The notes under the pieces were generated by a model. The model was not told the DNA's origin. It did no database searches and was given only the letters and a program-made list of their open reading frames with translations. A DNA stretch of 64,000 bases from Macrostomum lignano (lineage: Eukaryota): NCBI GenBank assembly GCA_002269645.1, contig NIVC01001770.1:96777-160776 (forward strand). The letters are read 5' to 3'. Shown here piece by piece: positions 1-12,406 of the stretch (within the stretch, counting starts at the first letter, position 1; every line of letters starts with the position of its first letter). The position numbers and the translations under genes were made by a program.

Positions 1-137
1 AGCAGTAATGCCTCTCGCGGTTGTGTGACAATGTCGCTTAAATACATTTAAATGTGCTGAGATCTCCCTGTCTCACTAACTTACCAGAGTACAAGCAGTC
101 CTTCAATAAACAGCCTATACACTCCCCTCTGGCGCAG

Positions 138-733
138 ACGGCAGCTCGGAGACGCTGACCCTGGCCAAAGCCTACTCAACTCACGGCGTTGTCGGCGTTG
201 ACCTCGCCGGCGACGATCGAGCCGACGAGCTAGCCGGCGGCACCTCGCCGAAGCTGATAGAACTCTTTCGTCAGGCCTCCGCCGCCGGGCTGCACAGGAC
301 AGTTCACGCGGGCGAGAACTCCGGCTCGGCTCTGGTCAGCGAGGCGCTGGACAGATGAACGCGAACGGATCGGGCACGGCTATCACTGTCTGGATGATCC
401 GGCTGTCTATCAGCAGATCTTGCAGCGTCGGGTGCACCTGGAGGTGTGCCCACTGTCCAGCCGCCTGACGGGAGCCGTGCTGTCCGACTGGCCGCACCAT
501 CCGGTGCACCGGTTCGCCAGCGATCGGCCAGCTATTCTATTAACTCGGACGATCCAACCTTCACTGGCCAGTGGCTGGCTGAGGAATACCGACTGTGCGC
601 TGAGCAGGTCGGGCTGCCGCCATGGGAGTTGGTTAAGGCGAACTACAATGCCGCTTGGGCCAGCTTCCTGCCTGATGAGGAGCGGCAACTGTTACTGGGA
701 CAGCTAAACGACTACTATAGGGTCAGGCTTTGA
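138..733 (+). CDS. ADA: Adenosine deaminase, terminal exon (5' part outside window); three 1-nt frameshifts
   Basis: Acceptor ggcgcag| at 137. Translation across frames gives GVVGVDLAGDD, GLHRTVHAGE, ERIGHGYH, HLEVCPLSS and YSINSDDP, the ADA catalytic motifs; stop TGA at 731-733. Frame shifts by -1 at about 354, 364 and 528, each at a GG/GGG site, so this is either a consensus error or a pseudogene. Confidence 0.88.
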
Positions 734-770
734 GTTGGCTGGGGGGGGGAAGCGTTAATTGTTTGTGGCA

Positions 771-1220
771 TCTGTAGATAGAATGAGAAACAGTAGATAA
801 ACTCTATTGTCTACTACAGACTATACAGCATCTGTAGATAGAATGAGAAACAGTAGATAAACTCTATTGTCTACTACAGACTATACAGCATCTGTAGATA
901 GAATGAGAAACAGTAGATAAACTCTATTGTCTACTACATTCTATACAGCATCTGTAGATAGAATGAGAAACAGTAGATAAACTCTATTGTCTACTACATT
1001 CTATACAGCATCTGTAGATGGAATGAGAAACAGTAGATAAACTCTATTGTCTACTACAGACTATACAGCATCTGTAGATAGAATGAGAAACAGTAGATAA
1101 ACTCTATTGTCTACTACAGACTATACAGCATCTGTAGATAGAATGAGAAACAGTAGATAAACTCTATTGTCTACTACAGACTATACAGCATCTGTAGATA
1201 GAATGAGAAACAGTAAATAA
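771..1220. repeat. 60-bp tandem repeat, about 7.5 near-identical copies
   Basis: TCTGTAGATAGAATGAGAAACAGTAGATAAACTCTATTGTCTACTACAGACTATACAGCA repeats in register with the 60-nt lines; begins about 40 nt after the ADA stop. Confidence 0.97.
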
Positions 1221-1849
1221 TTTGTGTGTGTGACATTTAGAAATAGCTAAAAATAGTTTTTTCAAGAAAATTCTTGACCTGATACATGCAGATAATTATG
1301 CGCTGTTTCACTACTTTAATTTAAGTAGTATATATGCGTGACTCTCCAATGGAAAATTGGAAAACTCCATGACGTCAAAAGATTTTGGTTCGAATTTCGA
1401 AGAGCCCTTGCTTCAAGAAACACAATTAATTGATTACCTCGACTAGTATTTTAAAGGCATTAATAGATTTACCTATAACCTTTGCGTCAGTTCTGTGGCA
1501 GGCACTTTTGCTGCTTTAAATGGTCAATTGCTCATCTTGTTTGCTTCTGGAAGCGCCAATTTTGAAATTTGAGCCATTTAATACTTGAGAACTGTTGGTC
1601 AACATTATTATTTTGTGCTCATGCTATCTCTATTGGCTTTTATTATTATTTCAAATGACTTTCATACTTTTTATAACTCAGTTTCATCTTTTTGGCAAGG
1701 ATTTTAACGACTTATAAACAGAAAATGCATACAGATTTACCTTAGAAAATCTGTATGCATTTAAGAAGGTACATTGACTTCTTTTCCATATTTTGTTACA
1801 CTGGCATGCAAGAGGGAATGGAAGATTGATGAAAAGAAAGGGTGATGGG

Positions 1850-2340
<491 letters not shown>

Positions 2341-3250
2341 GAGGAATGTGGAGAGATACAGGGAGATAAGGAATATAATGTCTTTTTTCCGCCTTCTTAC
2401 ATACGCAGCTGTGTTTCCGTTGCCATCTATACTCTACGCGTTTAAACAAGGCTACGTTGGCTGAATTAAAAGGTGTATGACTCACTAAGGTCTTTCGTCG
2501 GACTGCCATGGACCATAATATTGTAACACACTGCTAAGCGTACGTGAAAACCAGCCTGTACATTTGCTGTTACGTAACTGAAACCCTTCCCTTTGGACCC
2601 CCGGAGGGGTAAAGCGAGGGTCGGGTCAAGAGAGGGAGACAGAGACAGTGAGGGGAGATAATTATAAAGGCGTACAACTAACTGTACACTGAAGCCTAGA
2701 TGTACAGGATAGGGTAAGGGCAATTATTCCGCCGCCACATTAAAATTCAGCCACCTCCCCCCCCCTCAACAGACCCCTTGCATATCAAACAAACTGAACA
2801 GGCAATCCGTCTAACCAAAGTAAGGCCTTGCTTAGTAAATCTGCGAGCGTATAGGCTCCAATAAAAGGAACAAACAACAGCACATTTAGCTCCTTGATTT
2901 CTACGAGAGGAGGAATTACACAGGACGGTTTCTGTCTTAGGCCTAAATCAGTATCGGTGAGTGGAATGGCAATGCATTAAGTATTATTCATTTACTAAAT
3001 CGTTGGCATTATTGACAATATTTTTCACACTACTATGGTTCTTTTTTGTTCTCTATTGATACATAACACTTAACAAATAGCTAGGGTTGCGTAGGAAAGA
3101 AATAGGATTATTTACTTCAATTATTTTAATTATTTTAATTATTTAAGTCAGACGAGGCTTACAATTCTCCAAAATGAGTCAGGTGACAGGTCAGATGGGG
3201 CTTCTACCTTCTTTTATAAAAAATCAGTCAGGTGCGGCTTCAAAAACTGA

Positions 3251-4330
3251 AATTGTGTCAGACGAGGCTTCAATAATCTGAAAATGTGTCAGACAAGGCT
3301 TCAAAAATCTGAAATTGTGTCAGACGAGGCTTCAATAATCTGAAAATGTGTCAGACGAGGCTTCAATAATCTGAAAATGTGTCAGACAAGGCTTCAATAA
3401 TCTGAAAATGTGTCAGACAAGGCTTCAAAAATCTGAAATTGTGTCAGACGAGGCTTCAATAATCTGAAAATGTGTCAGACGAGGCTTCAATAATCTGAAA
3501 AAGTGTCAGACAAGGCTTCAATAATCTGAAAATGTGTCAGACAAGGCTTCAATAATCTGAAATTGTGTCAGACGAGGCTTCAATAATCTGAAATTGTGTC
3601 AGACGAGGCTTCAATAATCTGAAATTGTGTCAGACGAGGCTTCAATAATCTGAAAATGTGTCAGACGAGGCTTCAATAATCTGAAATTGTGTCAGACGAG
3701 GCTTCAATAATCTGAAATTGTGTCAGACGAGGCTTCAATAATCTGAAAATGTGTCAGACGAGCTGGCTTCAATAATCTGAAAATGTGTCAGACGAGGCTT
3801 CAATAATCTGAAATTGTGTCAGACGAGGCTTTAATAATCTGAAATTGTGTCAGACAAGGCTTCAATAATCTGAAAATATGTCAGACGAGGCTTCAATAAT
3901 CTGAAAATGTGTCAGACGAGGCTTCAATAATCTGAAAATGTGTCAGACGAGGCTTCAATAATCTGAAATTGTGTCAGACGAGGCTTCAATAATCTGAAAA
4001 TGTGTCAGACGAGGCTTCAATAATCTGAAAATGTGTCAGACGAGGCTTCAATAATCTGAAAATGTGTCAGAAAAGGCTTCAATAATCTGAAATTGTGTCA
4101 GACGAGGCTTCAATAATCTGAAAATGTGTCAGAAAAGGCTTCAATAATCTGAAATTGTGTCAGACGAGGCTTCAATAATCTGAAAATATGTCAGACGAGG
4201 CTTCAATAATCTGAAATTGTGTCAGACGAGGCTTCAATAATCTGAAAATGTGTCAGACGAGGCTTCAATAATCTGAAAATGTGTCAGACGAGGCTTCACT
4301 AATCTGAAAATGTGTCAGACGAGGCTTCAG
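3251..4330. repeat. 31-bp tandem repeat, about 35 copies
   Basis: Unit TGTCAGACGAGGCTTCAATAATCTGAAAATG, upstream of the innexin. Confidence 0.96.
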
Positions 4331-4468
4331 TTCTATGAAATAAATTAGGTTGAGTCACAATCGTCTAAAATGAGGCAGATAAGGATTCAATTATAAAACC
4401 GTGCAACATATAAAAATTGTCCGTGCGCACCCCCGCCCCGCCTCAGGCCCGCTGGCACCGCTGCAACA

Positions 4469-7400
4469 ATGTTGGGCGCCGAATTCATCGACACAATCTC
4501 CAGCTGGGACATTCAGCACCAGGTCGGAGTTGAAGACTTCGCCGATCGCTGGAACTTCTTGTTCACCACCGGCGTGCTGATTATGTGCACCGTGATTGTC
4601 GCGGCCAGGCAGTACATTGTCGGCGAGCCAATCACCTGCTTCATACCTTCGCAGGTATCTGGATCCACATTCGAAGACTATATGGAGAATATCTGCTGGG
4701 TGCAAGGCACTTATCCTTTACCTGTCGACAGTCAGTTCTCAAATACGGAGGAGTTCTGGAAATCTCTGGCCAGCAAGAAGCTCAGTGAGTTCACAGTTTT
4801 CTATCAGTAGTGAGTAGTTTAATGACCGGGCTTAGCACTAGTGCTTATTGGGCTTGATTTTATAGTGTGTGATCTATATAATGCATGTAACTAGCCTAAG
4901 ATACTGACCAAATTGAGGCACCTGACCAATCATACACCTGGGCTAATGACCAATCATACACCTGGGCTAATGACCAATCATACACCTGGGCTAATGACCA
5001 ATCATACACCTGGGCTAATGACTAATCATACACCTGGGATAATGACCAATCGTACATCTAGGCTAATTTTTAATCAAACACCTGGGCTAATGGCCAATCA
5101 AACACCTGGGCTAATGACCAATCATACACCTGGGCTAATGACCAATCAAACACCTGGGCTAATGACCAATCATACACCTGGGCTAATGACCAATCAAACA
5201 CCTGGGCTAATGACCAATCAAACACCTGGGCTGATGACCAATCAAACACCTGGGCTGATGACCAATCGTACACCTAGGCTAATGTTTAATCATACAATAA
5301 TCTAGGTTAATGAACAGTCAGGCATCAAGTGTCAATGACCCCACACTCGTTTGGGTCAAACACCTATTAAATACCTTTCTTAATACCCAAATCATACTCG
5401 AACACCTACGGTACTAACTCATAAATCATTTTTTAAATGAATGAGAATTTCTATAAATTAAGCAGCAGTCAACTAATTAGTTTAGAATTTTGTTCGCATA
5501 AACAAGTTTAGAAATAGAATGACATGATGGCACTCCAGGGGGGGGGGTTGCTTTCACCTGTCAGATCTGTAACTGTTGCTTCCAGCTTATTGCGTAATAA
5601 CCTAACGAAATCTACCAGGGCAGACTGTGAAGAGTTTATCAAACACGTGACTTTTATGCTCGGACGACGAGCTTGGCTTTTAAGGATGCTAGAATTAAAT
5701 TTTATGTGACTGACACACGCTGTGACTCAAAAGCCGTGTTCAGACATACTTGCCGACCATAGTGCGTGCCTGTGTACAGTATTGGCGAGTCAGCGGGATG
5801 CGCAGAGTTGCCGTCAGCGCTGGTTGTGAGGCGATGTCGCTGAAGGCATAAGCCGCAAGCCCTGCTACAATTATGATTATCACCAAGTAGGCCTGACTGA
5901 TATGAATTAAGCAGTTTCAAATCGTCTGTCTCTCTCCGCCGCAGTGTACTACCAGTGGGTGCCGTTCATCCTTGGCCTGCAGACGATGCTGTTTTACCTG
6001 CCCCGTATTGTCTGGCTCGCCCTCGCTAGCCGGCGCTCCGGCGCCGATAGTCAGGCGCTGGTGGCGCGCGCCGCCGAGGCCGGCACCTCCGATGGGGAGG
6101 ACCGCGAGAAAATCGTGCATCAGACTGCCGTTGACCTGGAACAGCTGCTGCTGCTGGCTAAAAGGTGCGCGGGCGCTTTGTTTGCTACTGTTAGTAGGCT
6201 GTGCAGTTTACCGCATATTTATCGCACAATGAAAAAGTAAAAAATGGTCAGTGCACACGTGTTTGTGTATGTGATTGCAGCATTAAATACGAATTAAGAA
6301 TTCTAGGATTTCCCCAAATAGGGATTCCTGTATTAACTAAGCATCAGATTCCCCAGATCCCAAATGGGGATTCCTGTATTAACTAAGCATCAGAATCCCC
6401 AGATCCCAAATGGGGATTCCTGTATTAACTAAGCATCAGAATCCCCAGATCCCAAATGGGGATTCCTGTATTAACTAAGCATCAGATTCCCCAGATCCCA
6501 AATGGGGATTCCTGTATTAACTAAGCATCAGAATCCCCAGATCCCAAATGGGGATTCCAGTATTATCTAAGCATCAGAATCCCCAGATCCCAAATGGGGA
6601 TTCCAGTATTAACTAAGCATCAGATTCCCCAGATCCCAAATGGGGATTCCTGTATTAACTAAGCATCAGATTCCCCAGATCCCAAATGGGGATTCCAGTA
6701 TTAACTAAGCATCAGATTCCCCAGATCCCAAATGGGGATTCCAGTATTAACTAAGCATCAGATTCCCCAGATCCCAAGTGAGGATCTATATTGAGGATTA
6801 ACTAATATTCTACGAGCTACCCACCCCCGCTCGCAGATCCGAGCTGAGTCGCGGTGCTTTGAGCAAACTACTCGGTGCGGGCAAGCGTCTGAGCTCCGGA
6901 CTCACAACTGGTTACCTGTTTGTGAAACTGCTCTACCTGGCTAATGGGATTGGGCAGCTCTATCTGATGCAGACTTTCCTGCGACTGGGAGCTAGCAACC
7001 ACAGCAGCGTTCTCTATGGCGCTGAGATTCTGTCTAACATTGCCGCGGGCAGGGACTGGCGGTCCACCATGGTGTTTCCCAGGGTCACCTTCTGCAGGAC
7101 GGAGTTTGCCATTTTTGGTGAGCAATGGGAGCTTGGAATTGGGGAGCTCGTCTGGGGCTGGGGGTCAGGGGTGGGGGTTGATCTAGGGGGCTGGGGGTTA
7201 GGGAGCTTATCTAGGGGGCTGGGGTCAGGGTGGGGGCTGATCTAGGGGGCTGGGGGGTTAGGGAGCTTATCTAGGGGGCTGGGGGTCAGGATTGGGGGCT
7301 GATCTAGGGGGCTGGGGAGTTTGAGAGCTTATCTAGGAGGCTGGCGGTTAGAGGTGGGGCTGATCTAGGGGGCGGGGGTCAGAGGTGGGGGTTGACCTAG

Positions 7401-8475
7401 GGGGCTGGGGGGTTAGGGGGCTTATCTAGGGGCGGGGGGTCAGGGGTGATAGCTCATCTAGGGACTGGAGAGGCAGCTCATCTAGGGACTTGGGAGGCAG
7501 CTTATCTAGGGACTGGAGAGGCAGCTCATCTAGGGACTTGGGAGGCAGCTTATCTAAGGACTGGAGAGGCAGCTCATCTAGGGACTTGGGAGGCAGCTTA
7601 TCTAGGGACTGGAGAGGCAGCTCATCTATGGTCTGAAGAGGCAGCTCATCTAGGGACTGGAGAGGCAGCTCATCTAGGGACTGGAGAGGCAGCTCATCTA
7701 GGGACTGGAGAGGCAGCTCATCTAGGGGCTGGAGAGGCAGCTCATCTAGGGACTGGAGAGGCAGCTCATCTAGGGGCTGGAGAGGCAGCTCATCTAGGGA
7801 CTGGAGAGGCAGCTCATCTAGGGACTGGAGAGACAGCTCATCTATGGTCTGAAGAGGCAGCTCATCTAGGGACTGGAGAGGCAGCTCATCTAGGGACTGG
7901 AGAGGCAGCTCATCTAGGGACTGGAGAGGCAGCTCATCTAGGGACTGGAGAGGCAGCTCATCTAGGGACTGGAGAGGCACCTCATCTAGGGAGCTAACAG
8001 GTAGCCAGTTCGTGCTCATTGCCCTCAAACCCGGCTGCTAAGGAAAATCCCCCCTCACAATCCAGGCGGAACGCAGAGGTACATCGCCCAGTGCGCGCTG
8101 CCGGTGAACATGCTGAATGAGAAGATCTACATATTCCTGTGGTTCTGGATGGCGATAGGCCTGCTTATCACTGCCCTGTCAGTCCCAGCCTGGTTGCTCC
8201 GGGTGGCCAGCTGCCGCGGTCGGTCCCGCTACGTTCGCCGGCACCTGCAACTGCGCCAGGAGGGCCTCGCCGACAAACGCCTGGTCGGGGAATTCGTTGA
8301 TCGATTCCTGCGCCACGACGGTGTTTTCCTGTTGAAGATGATGCAGATGAATGTGGGAGACTTGGTGACCGGGGATGTCACTCTGCACCTGTACCGCCTG
8401 TGGCTGCGGAAGCACCGCGAGAGGCTGGGAAGCTTCGACGAGGAGCTGTCACTGGCGTCTGGATCCTCGATTTGA
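4469..8475 (+). CDS. inx: Innexin (gap junction protein), 4 coding exons, 408 aa
   Basis: Exons 4469-4784, 5945-6164, 6837-7117, 8066-8475; all GT-AG, phases 1/2/1 match, total 1227 nt. Motifs: EDFADRWNFLFT, ITCFIP...ENICWVQGTY, YYQWVPF, FPRVTFC, QCALPVNMLNEKIYIFLWFW. Confidence 0.96.
4915..5295. repeat. 24-bp minisatellite in innexin intron 1
   Basis: Unit GACCAATCATACACCTGGGCTAAT, about 15 copies. Confidence 0.95.
6321..6778. repeat. 46-bp minisatellite in innexin intron 2, with an internal 8-bp stem
   Basis: Unit GGGGATTCCTGTATTAACTAAGCATCAGAATCCCCAGATCCCAAAT, about 10 copies; GGGGATTC and GAATCCCC are complementary. Confidence 0.95.
7140..7995. repeat. Compound array in innexin intron 3: G-run-rich degenerate repeat (7140-7440) grading into a 24-bp repeat
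   Basis: Both parts share the core ATCTAGGG; the second unit is GGGACTGGAGAGGCAGCTCATCTA, about 23 copies. Confidence 0.93.
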
Positions 8476-8569
8476 TGTTGCGGAATTCATTTTTGCAACT
8501 CTAATTGATCAACATTGGTCTTTGTCCTGGTGAAATGTGCTCTTTGTGTATCTATTGGGGTTGGCATGC

Positions 8570-9545
8570 TCATTCGGGATCTGGGATTTGGATTCTTTAA
8601 TTGGGATCTGGGATTTGGATTCTTTAATTGGGATCTGGGATTTGGATTCTTTAAAATTTGGGATTTGGGATCTGGGATTCGGTTTGATTGGCATCTGGGT
8701 TTTGGTTTAATTGGGATCCGGGATTTGGTTTAATTGGGATCTGGGATTTGGATTCTTTAATTGGGATCAGGGATTTGGTTTATTCGGGATCTGGGATTTG
8801 GTTTAATTGGGATCTGGGATTTGGTTTAATTGGGATCTGGGATTTGGTTTAATTGGGATCCGGGATTTGGATTCTTTAATTGGGATCCGGGATTTGGATT
8901 CTTTAATTGGGATCTGGGATTTGGATTCTTTAATTGGGATCTGGGATTTGGTTTAATTGGGATCTGGGATTTGGTTTAATTGGGATCCGGGATTTGGATT
9001 CTTTAATTGGGATCTGGGATTTGGTTTAATTGGGATATGGAATTTGGTTTATTGGAATCTGGGAATTGGATTCATTAATTGGGATCTGGGATTTGGTTTA
9101 ATTGGGATCTGGGATTTGGTTTAATTGGGATCCGGGATTTTGATTCTTTAATTGGGATCTGGGATTTGGATTCTTTAATTGGGATCTGGGATTTGGATTC
9201 TTTAATTGGGATCTGGGATTTGGATTCTTTAATTGGGATCTGGGATTTGGTTTAATTGGGATCTGGGATTTGGTTTAATTGGGGTCTGGGAATTGGATTC
9301 TTTAATTGGGATCTGGGATTTGGTTTGATTGGGATCTGGGATTTGGTTTATTCGGGATCTGGGATTTGGTTTAATTGGGATCTGGGATTTGGTTTATTCG
9401 GGATCTGGGATTTGGTTTAATTGGGATCTGGGATTTGGTTTAATTGGGATCTGAGATTTGGATTCTTTAATTGGGATCTGAATTCGGATTCTTTAATTGG
9501 GATCTGAATTCGGATTCTTTAATTGGGATTCTGTATCTGGGATCT
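8570..9545. repeat. 23/27-bp minisatellite 3' of the innexin stop
   Basis: Units TTGGGATCTGGGATTTGGTTTAA and TTGGGATCTGGGATTTGGATTCTTTAA. Confidence 0.95.
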
Positions 9546-10234
9546 GTATCCTTCATGTGTAGTATCTTCCATTGTAAAATCAGGTAAAATCAGGAGAATT
9601 GCTTTCTCGGTTTTAACAAAAAACTATTCACTTGTATCGCATGCTTTTTTGTTTTATTTTAAGAAAAACGTCATTGTTTTACTAGTTGCAAGTTACTAAT
9701 AGTAGCAAGTTCAGCTAATTTATAATTTTATGCTTTGATCAATATATATAATCGTAATCTAAAATAATCTTAGTGCGTCTTTTAACGCTTATTGACTTAA
9801 ATAAAATGAACCATGCTTCACTAAATTAATAGGCCATTAATAGGCTAAAATCAACCTGTACAGCAGTACGTGCTCATATACATCTATTTTTTCTTTTAAT
9901 TTCTTTGCAACCATCTACAAAATTATGTTTTACTGTTGGAGAGTCTCGACTGAGATGATTGACAGGTTCAATAGACGCGCTGTGCTTTTTAAGAATCTCT
10001 TAAAGCACCTGTCCGTCTGTTTTGGCTTGGAAGATAACAGGCCTACTAGAGGGCGGAGGTCACACAAGCGGTGAGCCGTCTAGAGGTCAAAGTTTCAAAT
10101 TTTATATATCATACTGATTTCGCGGTCATTCATTTTTCCACTATTGTATTATTCCAATGCAATTCTGATCTGCACGGCTGTTTCACGTGTGGCACAAGAT
10201 TGCCAGTGTTGCTAACAAGTAATGTAATGTAGGA

Positions 10235-11085
10235 ATCTCCCCATTCTCACTTTCCCCATGGGGAACCTCTCCCCATTCTCACTTTCACTTCTTCACTCTC
10301 CCAATGACCCTCACTCCCTTCTATGATCTTCACTCACCTTCAAGACTCTCACGATCTCCCCATGACCCTCTGTCCCCCAGGATCCTCTCTCCCTCATGAC
10401 CCTCTCTCCCCCATGACCCTCTCTCCCCCATGACCCTCTCCCCCATGATCCTCTCTCCCCCATGCCCCTTTCTCCCCCATGACACTCTCTCCCCCATGAC
10501 CCTCTCTCCCCCATGACCCTCTCTCCCCCATAACCCTCTCTCTCCCAGGATCCTCACTCCCCTTCATCAAGACCCTCATTCTCCCCATGACCCTCTCTCC
10601 ATGACCCCTTCTCCCTATGACCCAGCTCTTTCCCTATGACCCTCTCTTCCTATGATACACTCTCTGCATTACCCTCTCTCCAGATAACCATCTCTCCCCA
10701 TGACCCTCTCTCCCTATGATACTCTCTTCCTATGACCCACCTACCCATTACTCTCTCTCTCCCCATGACCCTCTCTCCCCCATGACCCTTCTCCCTATAA
10801 CCCTCTGTCCCCATGACCTCTTTTCCTTATGACCCCCATCCCCATGACCCTTTCTACCCATGACCCTCTCCCCCAAGACCCTCTCTCCCTATGACCCTCC
10901 CTCCCCATGACTCTCAATCTCTTAATGACCCTCTCTCTAGTGATCCTTCCCACTCTCCCTTCTCTCCCCTCTCCCCATTCTCTCCCCTCCCTTTCCCTTC
11001 ATGACCTTTACCCTCCCAATGACCTGATTCTCATGACCCTCACTCTCTTTATGACCCTTCTCTCCAGTCTCTATGATCCTAACTA
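10235..11085. repeat. Degenerate C/T-rich minisatellite (CCCCATGACCCTCTCT-like)
   Basis: Read directly from sequence; ORFs here are artefacts. Confidence 0.9.
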
Positions 11086-11749
11086 CATGTACCTACCCAT
11101 TCATCATCACCATTACATGTGAATACCATTCACTTTTATTAGGTGAAGGTCAGATCAGAGAGTTTCTCATCTGACGAAATAACATGCAATAATTTTTTAA
11201 GAGCAAAGTTTCACACCGTTGCACTGAATTGTGACGCAAAGTGTTTGTATACCATGGCTGATAGTGTATTTGGCTTCACCACCCTCCAGTCACTGCAATA
11301 GACTGCTGGCTACCTGCTATCTGTGTACGGGAAAATAAAGATAGCTACAAAATGTAAAAAAGTCACTTCAGTTGCTGCATGTTGTTCTTTTTCAAATCTG
11401 AAGCTCAAAAATCAGAGGCCGCCCAGGGGTCGAAGTCGCAATGCCACACCCCCAATAAGCGTCCGCTAGTCCTAATTCAACACTTTATTACTTTATAACC
11501 CCGATTCGTATCTCTTACATTGTTCAAAGTTAGTTGTAAATCGTTAGGTATGTAAACAGTGCCACTTTTGTACCAGTAGTATAGATATCGAGTCAACTCA
11601 ATTGTAATTAATAGTAAAATATTTAATTCAATGCTCTGTGCAGAATTTAATCTACTATTCTAGGCCTCGATGTGTTTTTAAGAAACAAAATGTCAATAAA
11701 AACCTAAAATAACTGAACTGTAAAATCGATTCAGTCTATTAGAATATCC

Positions 11750-12200
11750 CAACCCTGAAGTTTGATTCTCCACCACTGTAGCTTTGTCTTCTGCCCCTGA
11801 AGGTTGGTCTTCCACTCCTGACGTTTGATTCTCCGCCCCTGAAGTTTGGTATTCCACCCCTGAAGTTTGGTATTCCACCCCTGAAGTTTGGTATTCCACT
11901 CCTGAAGTTTTGGTATTCCACTCCTGAAGTTTGGTATTCCACTCCTGAAGTTTGGTATTCCACCCCTGAAGTTTGGTATTCCACTCCTGAAGTTTGGTAT
12001 TCCACTCCTGAAGTTTGGTATTCCACTCCTGAAGTTTGGTATTCCACTCCTGAAGTTTGGTATTCCGCTCCTGAAGTTAGGTATTCCGCTCCTGAAGTTT
12101 GGTATTCCACCCCTGAAGTTTGGTATTCCACCCCTGAAGTTTGGTATTCCACTCCTGAAGTTTGGTATTTCACTCCTGAAGTTTGGTCTTTCGCTCCTGT
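11750..12200. repeat. 21-bp minisatellite downstream of the MCT gene
   Basis: Unit CCTGAAGTTTGGTATTCCACT. Confidence 0.94.
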
Positions 12201-12406
12201 CACTGAATCAATATTTATGACAACTGTATTAACACAGTCGGTGCAAATTTTACATTTTTCAATTTGCAGTCAAACTTCATACTATATTTGCAATCTTGAA
12301 AAAGTGCAAATTTGGCAAGGTTTCTTTAAACCGCAATCATATACTCGTACGCATTTAATATACTAGGCATAGTAATTGGTCTATAATCTCGCTACAGTGT
12401 AAATAG

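Noticed and set aside
6321-6778. CRISPR-like hairpin repeats (also 17555-18130 and 37205-37590)
   Set aside because: Units are directly tandem with no unique spacers, there are no cas genes, and the context is a eukaryotic intron or intergenic region.
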